Shown piece after piece: positions 53,172-63,716 of a DNA stretch of 64,000 nucleotides. The first letter of the stretch is position 1. The number at the start of each line of letters is the position of its first letter. The DNA comes from Bilabrum cf. latius (lineage: Eukaryota), in the NCBI GenBank assembly GCA_965178125.1, contig OZ237737.1, forward strand, positions 1,488,001 to 1,552,000, read 5' to 3'. A program made the translations under genes and the position numbers. A model generated the notes under the pieces. It made no database searches and was not told where the DNA came from. It saw only the letters and a list, made by a program, of their open reading frames with translations.

Positions 53172-53498
53172 ATGAATGGTATGGGGATGCCAATGGGAAT
53201 GCCAATGGGAATGGGAGGTCCTGGCATGGGGGCTCCCGGGGGAATGCAGATGGGAGGGATGCCCGCCGGAGCGCACCTCCGCGGAGGCCCGGGGTTGAAG
53301 CAGGCCGAGACTGAGAAGAAAGCAGAATATGCAACGCTAGGCGAAGTGGTTGAAGGTGCACGGGCTGAGATTGGAGGTCAGCTGCATTGGGTTGCGCACA
53401 ACGTTGGGCCAGCCATGCTTGTTGTGTTCGGGGCTTTCAATGCCGGTCTTTCCCTCACCGACTTGTGGGACACATACGCCAGGATCCCGTTTTCGTGA
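53172..53498 (+). CDS. Small hypothetical protein (108 aa) with a Met/Gly/Pro-rich N-terminus and one C-terminal hydrophobic segment
   Basis: MNGMGMPMGMPMGMGGPGMGAPGGMQMGG...VGPAMLVVFGAFNAGLSL. Fills the gap between uL3m and the next gene and ends at TGA. No family recognised. Confidence 0.55.
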   Translation: MNGMGMPMGMPMGMGGPGMGAPGGMQMGGMPAGAHLRGGPGLKQAETEKKAEYATLGEVVEGARAEIGGQLHWVAHNVGPAMLVVFGAFNAGLSLTDLWDTYARIPFS

Positions 53499-53605
53499 AC
53501 TGTCCGCGGGGCGCCCAAAGTTATACATGTATTGCGTGTCTTGAAGTTGCACAGAATGACTGGGAACAGGACAGACCGAACGAACTGGCGCAGTTGCCGC
53601 AATGC

Positions 53606-56600
53606 TCATCTTGACGCGTGCGCAGCCTGCAGCTGCCTCAAGAACTGCGCGATGACCCTGCTCCCCTGCACGAGATTCATGAGGCGCACGCTCTCGTTGG
53701 GCAGGTGCGGCCGGTCGCAGGGCTGGCCGAGCGGTATGTGCACCGCCCTGCAACCGAGCACCCTCTCGAGCATGGGAGCCGTCCGCATCGTGCCTCCCTC
53801 CTTGACCATCTGCGGGACCTGACCCCAGACCCTCTCCACCGCCCTGGCCGCCGCCCGGTAGGCCTCCCCTCTCAGGTCCGCCTGCCACCACCCCGCCTGG
53901 GACTCCTCGTCGGCCGACACCACCAGGCGGTTCCGGCTGCGCCGCGATGCGTGCACGTGCTCCAGGTGGGCCTGGATGGCGCCAACCACCAGTTCCGGTT
54001 TCTGGTCAGGCACGATCCTCGCCGACACGGTTGCAACCGCGCGGGAGCCGATGAGGCTGGCGTTCCCCGCGGTGGTGTCGACCGAGTGCACCGTGACTGT
54101 GGGCTCCCGCCAGCGCCGCGCCAGGGCCTGGGCCCCGGGACCGAGGCCTGCGGAATCGTACTGCGCCTGTGGCGCGGGGCTCAGACTACCACTGGCCCCA
54201 CCAATCCCCCTGCCCCAACCGCCACTGCTGCAGCCACCCCTTCTGGCGCCCGCCATTGCATTGTCCTCGCTGCTGCTACCCCTCCTGGCGCCCGCCATTG
54301 CATTGTCCTCGCTGCTGCTACCCCTCCTGGCGCCCGCCATTGCATTGTCCTCGCGGGTCTCGACACTCCCTGCCGATGGAGACGAGGCCGGACCAGCATC
54401 GGTAGCGGTCAGTTCCCTGTGTTCCCCAGCCAATTCTCTGTGTTCCCCAGCCAGTTCTCTGTACATGGCCGCCTCCTCAGTCCCCAGCGGCCGCACCGCG
54501 CCCCATATCCCGGGGACCGCCGGCCTCCCATCGTCTCCTGCTTGCAGAATACCAAGAAGGGCGCACAGGTCGACGAGTGGCTCGGCACCAAACCCGCCAT
54601 CCACGCCAGAATGCAGGCCGCCCTCGCCATCCTCTCCCGCGCCGGCATCGTCCCGCCCCTCCCCTTGCCGCGGGCTCCTGTCAGGCGACGGGGGCGGCTG
54701 CTCCATGCTGCGCAGGGTGGTGGCCGTGCCTGCGCACGCTGTGCGGCGGGCGGCATTCCCCGTCGCCGCGTCTGCTGCCCGTTGAGGCGCCATCGCGACG
54801 GCCCCTGGGACCTTGCCCCTGCTCACATCGTTGCCCAGCCACGGCAACTCAACGGACACCTGCATGCTGACGTGGCCTCGCATCCCGGTGACAAGGCTGG
54901 GCCTCTCGTCCGAGTGCCACAGGGAGTTGCACGCCACGATCGCGTCCACTCCGTCCAGCCAGCCCTTGCGGCGCGCTGCCTCCACGGCCTTGCGGTAGCC
55001 CACGGAGCCGTTCTCCCCCTCGCCCTCGACGATGAAGACCACGTCGGGCGGGGCCGCGCGATCGCCGTCGAAGCCCCTGTGCACGGCCACCGCGGCAAGC
55101 AGCGCCGCCAGGATGGGCCCTTTGTTGTCCGTGGCCCCTCGGCCGAAGAGCCTCCCGTCTCTTGCCACCAGCTGAAAGGGCGGGCTCTTCCAGGCATGGG
55201 CGGGGGCCTCCGGCTGCACGTCGTAGTGCCCAAGGAACAGCACCGTCCTGCGGCGGCTAGCACCAGCACCAGCACCGGCACCAGCACCAGCACCAGCACC
55301 GGCACCAGCACCAGCACCAGCACCAGCACCAGCACCAGCACCAGCACCAGCACCAGCACCAGCACCAGCACCAGCACCAGCACCAGCACCAGCACCAGCA
55401 CTGGCACCAGCAGCTCTCGTCTCGGCCGTCGAAAGATCCGTTGTACTCGTCACACGATCAGCGTCAGCGTGGATGAGTCGCCCCACCACCACGGGATTGC
55501 CGCCCTCCTGCCCCTGCACCGTACCGACGCTCATGCCGGCCTGCGCCATCCAGCCGCTGAGGAGGTCAGCCGCGGCCCAGCACGCATCCCTGCGCCTGGG
55601 GTCCTGGCTGACGCTCTGCACGGACACGAACTGACGCAGGAGGGACACCATGGGCGAGTGGTCTCCCGCGTGCAGGGACAGGGCAGCGTCAACCACAGGG
55701 AGGGCGCGTGCTGCCCCTCCCAGACCACGCGATTCTATGGGTGATGCCCCGTCTGCGGCGCGGCTCCCAGTGCCACCGTACGAGACCCCACCTGAGGCAC
55801 CGACTTGCAACCCCCCGGCGGACATCGGCAGCGAAGGGGGCACAACGCCGTGACCCATGCCGCCAACAGCCAGCGTACCCCCATCCCGACCTACGACATC
55901 GAGTCTGAGTACCGCCGCCCCCGCGTCCCCAAGCCCCGCCACTAGACGGATGGGGCCACCGCTGGCTGCACTAGTGCCGGCTCGGATGCCCGTTCCCTGC
56001 CTGACGGTGGTGGGAGCAGGACACAGTGCCTCAAGGCGGGGCAGGGCCGGTCCTGCCTGCGATGCCGCGCGCGAGCTGCGGCCGTCGTGAGAAGCCGCCC
56101 CTGCCCCGCTCCCGCCGGCGCCCCCGCCCCTTCCGTCAGCAAGCTCCATGCCAGCGACAAACTCGAGCGACGGCAGCGAGCGCAGCTCCACGCCGCCGTC
56201 GCTCGTACCGCACGCAACGAAGCGACTTGTGCATGGGCTGGAAGTTTCGGCGGAACTCTAGTAGGCTGTGGTAGAACGTAGCGATTGCGATGTAAAGCTA
56301 TCGTGCACTGCCAGGAGGCAGCTGACCTGACCACCTGTGCCTACAGCACTTGTACCTGGATCTGCACCTGCACCCGCTAGAGGTCCAGACGCAAGGCCAA
56401 GCCCCTCCTGTCCCCGCCCGCCGCCGGGCTGCTGCCCCCGCCCCCTGCCCCCCACATGCACGACCCGCCTGCAGTGCCCCTTGACGGGGTCCCACAGCCG
56501 CAGCGACCCGTCCATCCCCCCCGTGCAGAGCATCCAGGCGGGGCTGGGCCCCTGGGCAGGACGGGCGAAGGTCATGGCCTGCACGGGACCGCGGTGACCC

Positions 56601-57574
56601 GCCAGCTCCCGCTCCAGGGACATCTCGAAGCGGACTGTCCCGTCCACGCCGGCGGGGGCTGGTAGAGACAGGCTTCCGTCCGTTGGTGTGGCAGATGGCG
56701 CGGGGGCGTGCGCCGGGAGGAACGGGGGGCTGGCCAGCCGGCCGTCTTTCGCCATCGCCGACTGCCCTGACTCTGACTCTGGCTCTGGCCCTGGTCCTCC
56801 ACCTCCACCCCGTCCGCTGGCCTCTTCGGCGGGGCGTGGTGATCGGAGGGTGGCCGAGGCCCTCCAGATCCGCACCATCCCGTCGGTGCCCCCGGTTGCA
56901 ACCAGTGCGCGCTCCCCGGGGAGGGCTGGGGGCACGGCATCCAGAGAGTACACCAGCCCGTTGTGCGCCCGCACGCAACGGATGCAGCCGTCTAGGGCGA
57001 CCCGAAGGGGGCAGCTGCTGCCGCCACCACCACCACTCGCTCTGACTCCACTGGGTGGTCCGCTGGCCGCACGGTCCGATGGCTTGGGTACCTCCACGGA
57101 TGACACTCGCAGGGTCGCAAGTGCGACCACGGTGCTCTGGCAGCCGAGCAGAATCCCGAGCACGGTTTCGTTCGGAGTCACCCCGCCACCCAGCGATGGA
57201 GTAATATCTATCAACTTCGCGCACTGAATCATACCTTGTCCTATACGAAGCTAGAGCTTGCGGGTCAGCCGGGGGGCCCCCGGCAAGTCGGTGCGCTAAT
57301 GAAGCACGAACACGCGCGCCAGTCCGCCAGCGCAGCCGGACACAACGACGCTGGCTGAGCTACCGTTGATACGTTCAGACGACGATACGCATATGACAGA
57401 GTGTTCGTGAGCTGCCCCGTCGCGAGACTCTGCTATAAGGGTCTGCATTGAGGACAGCAATTGCAAGCTCCCGTTCGCCATTCCGAGCACCGTGCACCTC
57501 AGCGGATCGGGTGCGCCACAGGCGGATACTACGCCCTAAAATGATGGCATTGCCATTTCGATTTCATGCTGCAT
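53606..57574 (-). CDS. WD40 + M20 metallopeptidase fusion (Dug2-like architecture), about 1,320 aa, 4 in-frame TAG
   Basis: ORFs 57296-57490, 56258-57232 and 53606-56191 share a frame, joined by TAG at 57536, 57296, 57251 and 56258. WD repeats: AHNGLVYSL..ATGGTDGMVRIW, GHRGPVQAM..CTGGMDGSLRLWD. M20 motifs: GHYDVQP, GRGATDNKGP, EGEGENGS, LHSGVDGG, EGGT, HLPNE. Start uncertain (57574, 57556 or 57550); ends at TGA. Confidence 0.82.
54237..54354 (-). repeat. 42-bp coding tandem repeat, about 2.8 copies (EDNAMAGARRGSSS); a nearby 21-bp repeat (ELAGEHR) lies at about 54408-54461
   Basis: Near-identical copies of CTGGCGCCCGCCATTGCATTGTCCTCGC on the + strand, in frame inside the M20 region. Confidence 0.9.
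55259..55408 (-). repeat. Hexamer microsatellite (AGCACC)n, about 25 units, encoding (Ala-Gly)n
   Basis: Directly visible; in frame just before the TVLFLGHYDVQP strand of the M20 domain. Confidence 0.95.
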
Positions 57575-57729
57575 ATCGCAGGAATGCGGCTGATTGCTCG
57601 ATTCTGAAATCGAAGCATGTGACGAGGACTGCAAGTGCCTCGGCAGCGTTCACAAGAACAGTGCTGCAGACTTAGTCCGAAGCAGATTACTTCATTTCGG
57701 CGGCAAGTTTGCATTGAAATAGTACTAGC

Positions 57730-59754
57730 ATGGCTGACGGCGGGTTGTTGCCCCGTCTGAACTTGGAAACTGCAAGGAAATCTTTCGGTGTGGACCGCGA
57801 GGCCGCAAGCGACCCTTCCAAGCTAGAGTCTGCCGCAGAGGAGCAGCAAAACGAGCTGGAGGCGCTGCAGAGTATATATGGCGAGCTAAGCGACCGCGAA
57901 GCCAAGGTTCCTGGCCCTAAGTCGGGTGTGCTCGTTCTGGCGGCAGCCGAGGGTGTTGGGCCCAGGGTGTTTGACGTCGCGATCACTGCAGAGGACAACC
58001 CAGACGCGAAACCGGGTGACACTCCTGCATCTTGCATGCTCCGGGTGGCGTATTCCCCCTTGTATCCAGACAGCGCGCCGCTGCTCGAAATTGTCGGACC
58101 TTTTGGGGGGTTTCGAGCGAACGAGGGCATGCGAGACCGCATGGTGTCTGGCCTCAGCGACCTTTCTCGGCGCAACGTTGGCATGAGTCACATTCATCTG
58201 TTAGTAGACGAAGCTGCGAGCAGGCTGAAGGACGAGGCGAGGCTGGCGGCGGGCGGAGGGGGTAGTTTGTACGAGCAGCTTATGCGCAAGCGGGACGAGG
58301 AGCGCGCCGCGGTGGAGGCAGCCGAGAAAGAAGTCGCCGATGCCAAGAAGAGAGCCGCTGCCGATGAGCTGGAGAGGCAGGCGCGCGCGTCGAGGAGCGT
58401 GGCGGGGCTGAGCCAGGCTCGTCGCGACGACGCGGACGAGGAGGACGACGAGGACGGGCTGGCGGCTCGGGCCCGCCGAGGCTGGGGCACGCAGGTGACC
58501 AAGGAGTCCTTCGCGGCGTGGAGGCTGGGCTTCTTCCGGTAGAAGGTGCAGGCGTTCGTGGACGGTGGCGAGTCTCTGGCCGCATCGGAGAGGATGGCAG
58601 CCAAGTTGGATGGCGAGGACGGCGAGGACGGCAAGGGCGAGGGGGAGGGAGCCGAGGGGGAGGGGGGTGCGGCGGCAGGGGGCGCGGCGAAGTCCGCTGC
58701 TTAGGAGGCGCGGGAGGCGGCAGTGGAGGAGTTCGAGAACACTTCCAAGCTGCCTGTGCCCCCCACCGCGGAGGAGGCGCGGGAGCTGTGGAAGCGAGCG
58801 GCCGACAAGGGCATGGTGGAGGGCGGGCTGGGTACTCTGGTGGTGGGCGGGCTCGTGGTGCCCGGGTCCAGGCTGCCGCCCATCATGGGTAAGATGCAGG
58901 GAGAGCCCGTGTCTGCGTCCACCGGCAAGCAGCATTTCCTGGACTAGGCCGCCAAGGGGGGGGCTGGCACTATGGCTGTGGGGGCAGACCAGGCGGCGGC
59001 GCTTGCTGAGGCAGCCGCTGCCCTCAGAGCAAAGGACGCCGCTGCTGCCGCTGCTCCTGTGGTTGCAGGAGACGAGGACCAGAAGTAGGCAGGCGCTTCT
59101 TCCTCCGCTGCCTCCAAGTCGAGTTCCGGTGCCGGTGGTGCGGCTGGGGGGGCCTCGTTGCTGGAGGGTGTTGACGTCGGTCTCATGGAGGCAGTGGCGG
59201 CTGGACTGGGCGATGAAGGGGACTTGGATTTAGATTTGGAAGATGACGATGACCTGGATGATGATGATGATGATGATGGCGGCGGCGGCGATGGGAGCGG
59301 GGATTCGGGTGCGGGTGCATCCAGCGGGGCAGGTGCCAGGGCGCCTGCGCCCGCTCCCGCGGCCTCGACCAGCGGGGGAATCGAGCGATCCGTGTCTGGC
59401 TCGACTGGGGCAGCGACGCCGGGCGGCAATAGCGCGGCGGGCGAAGCCGACTACCGCGCGATGCTGGTCCGGACGGCCATCGAGGGCGCAGAGGCGGCTG
59501 CGATTGCCACGGGGGCGGGGAGGGAGGTGCTCGTGAGCGCGGTGGAGCGGGCCAAGACGCAGCTCGAGGAGCTCAGGAAGGAGGCGGAGGAAGGCACGGC
59601 TCCTGCATCTGCGGCTCCAGCAGAAGCGGGTGCTGGGGCGGGCTAGGGCAGTGCCAAAGAGGCTGACGAGGGCGCGGCGGGCGGCGATGCAGCCAGCAGG
59701 CGAGAGCGAAGACGCGCTCGTCGGGCGAAGCGGAAGGAAAAGAAGGCGTCATGA
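57730..59754 (+). CDS. RWDD1: RWD-domain protein, RWDD1/Gir2 (DFRP2)-like, with low-complexity expansions; 674 aa, 5 in-frame TAG
   Basis: EEQQNELEALQSIY, YPDSAP, VGM.HIHLLV (RWD); GTQVTKESFAAWR and TGKQHF (DFRP C-terminal motifs); acidic tail. TAG at 58540, 58702, 58945, 59086 and 59644; ends at TGA 59752-59754. Confidence 0.8.
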
Positions 59755-59841
59755 AGACAAACATTTCATTTTCATTTGGACTCGCGTAGCACAACAATCA
59801 ATATATCCCGCTAGAAAAGGCTGCTGCGTCACCCGACGAGG

Positions 59842-61368
59842 TCAGCCCGACGCCGACATCGTTTCCAGGTGCAGCAGAAATTTAACCAGAGTGCGCGCAT
59901 TCCTGTCGACCGGACATGCGTATACCTGCGGGCGAGTGGTGGAATCCAAGCAGCCGTTGCGGCCCCAAACCCCGTTGCATGAGGAGGCACCGTGACCGTC
60001 CAAGCGGGCAACTGCTTCGGCTGCGGGATGCTTGGAGTTGGCGCGTGCCTGGTCAAGTCGCTGCCCGTTACGAGCACCATTGGAAATATGCATGCGTTTC
60101 TGGTTTCTGTACAGCGTCAGCGGGTGAATGTACATCCGTAGCTTGTTGGCCAAGGCTGCGTCGAGCTGCAGCACCCGATCCGTCCACTCCGAGCACAGAG
60201 ACCTGTTGCCAAACCGAAGGATTCCGTCCGGCGTCCAAGCACCACCGCTGGCAGAGTCATCCTCCGGCAAGGCGGATGCATTGGTCACCACTCCCACGGT
60301 CCTCAAGACCTCGAGGGCGTGCCGCCGCACCTCTGGCCTCTACCACTGCTTGCTCTCGCCTACGAGAGCGTCGGTGCCAGCGACCGAGGGCGATGCTTTG
60401 GATGCCTGTGATACCACTAGTTTTGGTGCCTTGAGTGGCTTCCAGCACCTGTCCTGGTCGATGGTGACCCACGCCCCGGTGTCGGCGTCGACAAAGTGGC
60501 CGTGGTCGGCCCTCTCCTCATGCCGGCACCCGCTCAGAAAGAGGAACACCATGTATCTCGCCAGCGAAGCAAGGCACTTTTCGTACCTTTGATTGATCTG
60601 AAGGGCGTCCTTCGAGCTCCCTTCGGAGCTCCCGGCCAGCAGCAACCGGCTTGGAGCCGTGGTCCGTACGCACTGCATGGCCCGCGGCGGCGGAGGGGCA
60701 CCGGCCTGCACCGCCACATCGGTGTGCCGTGGATTTGTGTCCGGCGCTTGAGTGCTCTTGAATGCGTCCGCTCCCACGGGCTATTCAAAAGGTCGCAAAA
60801 GCTGTAGCAAACGCCCTTCATACCACATCACCGCCGACCCAGACACTGCAGCATCTCCACCCGGCGCATTCCCCCGCATCTCTCCGGAAGTCGGTTGCCT
60901 CAACACTGACGATAATATGGATCGAAATCGTGGAGGCCCTGCGCACTTTTTGAGAAAATCCCTCGCGCAGTTCGGGTTTGAATTGCTGCAACGACTCGAC
61001 ATCAATTTTCCAAGCGGTAGCGTCATCCAAGCGGTGCATGGAACAAGGCCAATTCCACCTAGCACCTGATCCAAGTGCCATACTGCGCTCTATCTCCAAG
61101 CTAGCTCTCCATTTTCCTACTATCCTGGCTTAAAGAGGGCTGCCGTGCTGTAGTTGCCGCCCGCTAGATAGCGGCTCCGCGACGTAAGCCTTACTCGTGC
61201 GGCGCAGCGACCCAAGAAGAATTCATCTACTTGATTTATATCAGGATGAGGGCACACGATGCCGTTGGTGCCGATGCCATCGTTGCGACCTGTTGTAGGA
61301 ACAGCGCAAAGCATCTGCCCGACGATGTAAGCTAGCAGTGGGGAAAGACGAAGAACGCGTCCCCGCAT
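59842..61368 (-). CDS. Secreted FAM20/four-jointed-like atypical kinase-fold protein, possibly a pseudokinase; 508 aa, 5 in-frame TAG
   Basis: ORFs 61120-61368, 60781-61074, 60340-60777 and 59842-60330 share a frame, joined by TAG at 61120, 61117, 61090, 60781 and 60340. Signal-like N-terminus; ALFKP, R*SAVWHLDQVLG..LVP, YMVFLFLSG and WVTIDQDRCW parallel the FAM20/PI4K-type motifs FKP, E.AA[FY]HLD..L..VP, .FDFL.GN and LDNGR.F. Ends at TGA. Confidence 0.62.
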
Positions 61369-61550
61369 GCCCTTGATTTAAGACAAATGCAGATGCTGCA
61401 TTGGATACGTAAGTGTTGCGAAAGTGGTGCTGTCGGTCCGCGGCGGCCCAGAGTTTGCATATCCGGAACTCATCCACGAGAGGCTGCCAAGATCCATGGT
61501 TCTGCTGAGCTTGATGCAGGAATTCAGCATCGCAGAGGTTGGTGCAGTGT

Positions 61551-63716
61551 TTAATCCACTCGAAGCGCAAACACCAGCCCCGCAGCTCCGAGGACGGTAG
61601 CCACGGCCAGGGCGCCGGCAGCGGCGGCGGCCGAGCGGTCCGCCCCGCTGCCATCGTCCGTATCATCATCCGCCTGAGACACCCCGTCCGACGTCGCCGA
61701 GAAGGACACCCCGTCCGTGGTACTCAGCAAAGCATCAGCCCGGTTTTCGATGAGGTACTGCTCGGTGTCCGGCATGAACAGCGTCGAGTCCGCAGCGTCC
61801 TCCTCCACCTACGCAGCTGCCGCTGCCGTGGCAGCCTCGCTCTCCAGCCTGAGCTGGAGCTCGATCTGCACCCCCTCCGAGTTAGACCGGTAGTCCGACA
61901 GCCGACACGCATGCTTGGGCCCCCCTACCTGGTTCATGATATCGGTGCAGGCCCGCTGCCCCACGATGGCCCGCTGCGCGTCGTCCACCAGGTACGACGG
62001 CTTGACGTTCTGGATCGTGATTGTCACGGTGGCGACGGTGCTGCCCCGGCACAGCCTGGGGAACTAATCCGCAGGCAGCTCGCAGGACTCCGAAATGCGC
62101 GACTGGAATGCCTCCGGACTGGTCCTGACCTCCCCTGTCCTGAAGTTCTCCCACATCGCCAGGGCTGTGTCCCAGCAGCACTCTGCCTCCTCGGACCACT
62201 GCTCCATCTGGTTGGCGCACTGCGCCGAGCACTGGGGGGACGCTACTTCCGGGTTGAGCGGGCTCCGGGTCCTCCTCCCGCACGACCCCGTGATCTCGTA
62301 CGTGGCGTAGAACTGCACGGCCAGGCTCTGGCTGAACACGAGCGCGCAGTACTTGTCGTCAGACGGCCGCTTCCCGCAACCGTACTGGGCCATCACGCTC
62401 ACCCCGAGGAGATCGACGTGGGCGGCCTGCTCCGCAAACGAGAAGAATGCGCGGGCGCAGGGGATGCAGAATTCGTCCAGGAAAGCCTCGCTCAGCTGGT
62501 TCTGCAGGGCCTCTTCGTCAGCGTCGGCCAGGAAGAGCTCCTCCGTCAGCACCTGCGGGAGGCAGAAGTCGGCCGGCACCCCGGCCTTGAGGCACACGAG
62601 GTCGTAGAGCACCTCGATGTCTTCCACGTTTGCGACCAAGTCGCCTGCGCCCGCCGCCACGCCCGCGGCCTCGAGGACCACGGAGGTAGTGGACTGGATA
62701 TTCGAAGAGATCAGGTTCCTGCACTCGTTGTTGCCGCACGCGTCCGTGACGAGCGCCCTGACGTTGTCGGGCAGGGGCGTATCCGTTGAGTTCCCCACCA
62801 GGCCGAGGTCTCGCATGATATCGGTGATTTCCTGGAAGCAGTACTCGCCCCCCTCGTTCTGCGTGCAGAGCACGTCCACCACGGTCACGGCCTGGGCCAG
62901 GGCCGCGGGGCACACGCCGCCTGACAGGCTGCCGTCCTCGATGGCGTCCATCGTTGACTGCATGGAGGCGTAGCATGCGGAAGTAGTCACGCAAAGCTCC
63001 CCGGGGTTCAGTTCGATGTTGCTGGAGAACGTCTGCTCGCAGGCCCGGTCCATGTCCTGAATCAGTGAGCAGCACGCAGTCGAATTGTCCCGATCGCAGA
63101 TGCTCTGGACCGGATCGTCGTCGATCTGGAGCCTCCGGCCCGGCAGTATAGAGTAAGACTGCAAAGGAATAGAAAAAGAAGCGTCGTGTGGCGTTGCCAT
63201 GGGATCACATGACTGTTGGGTGCTCGAAAGAGGGCCACAGAAGAACCCGACAGGATCCACCGGTAGGTGCCGCGTGCCTCCTCAATATCCACTGCCAGTG
63301 CTTGCATTCCGGGCACCCAACGCGCTGGCGGAGTCAATGGTAAACGACTAGAATGGTGGTATCAGTTGAGGGCAAAATTGGCTGCCATGATCTCATGGGT
63401 TTGCCTAGTTTTCTTTTGAGTCTGACCCGCCGACCGATTCGGTTTCCCCGCCGTTGTCCGGGGAAGCCAAATACAGCGGCACATACGGCAAAACCAAGGC
63501 CCACATTAGACAATTGCTATCGGAGTTTTCATCAGGTGGTGCACTCACACTGGGATTTAGAACGCGGGCGGCGGTTTGGCCGACTAATTGTCTGGCTTGC
63601 TGCACAGCATCTTTTGCGTCGCTTAGTAGGTGCTCCCCAAAAGATGGAGATGATCCGACAGCGCAATTGGCAAAGACAATTGCGGTTATCATAAATGATA
63701 CTCGTCCGGTCTTCAT
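61551..63716 (-). CDS. Cys-rich secreted, probably GPI-anchored surface protein; tentative join(63716..63549,63158..61551), about 590 aa, 2 in-frame TAG
   Basis: Exon 1 gives the signal peptide MKTGRVSFMITAIVFANCAVG. The main exon has three C.....G.[YF]C units (VLCTQNEGGEYC, LVCLKAGVPADFC, YGCGKRPSDDKYC), TAG at 62064 and 61809, an acidic linker and the C-terminal tail SGADRSAAAAAGALAVATVLGAAGLVFALRVD ending in TAA. The 5' structure is less certain. Confidence 0.7.
63159..63548 (-). other. Putative GT-AG intron (390 nt) in the GPI-protein gene
   Basis: Consensus donor GTGAGT at 63548 and strong acceptor TTCTTTTTCTATTCCTTTGCAG ending at 63159, both phase 0. It removes an in-frame TGA at 63282. 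A small internal exon cannot be excluded. Confidence 0.5.

Noticed and set aside
55259-55408. CRISPR array or telomeric repeat
   Set aside because: It is a simple hexamer with no spacers, lies in frame in a CDS, and is not a telomere-type motif.
53618-55744. Long antisense or alternative-frame ORFs (e.g. 53618-55744 +, 3071-4369 -, 61539-62789 +, 42063-43265 +)
   Set aside because: These are shadow ORFs expected from high GC3 opposite real genes; they have no recognisable motifs.
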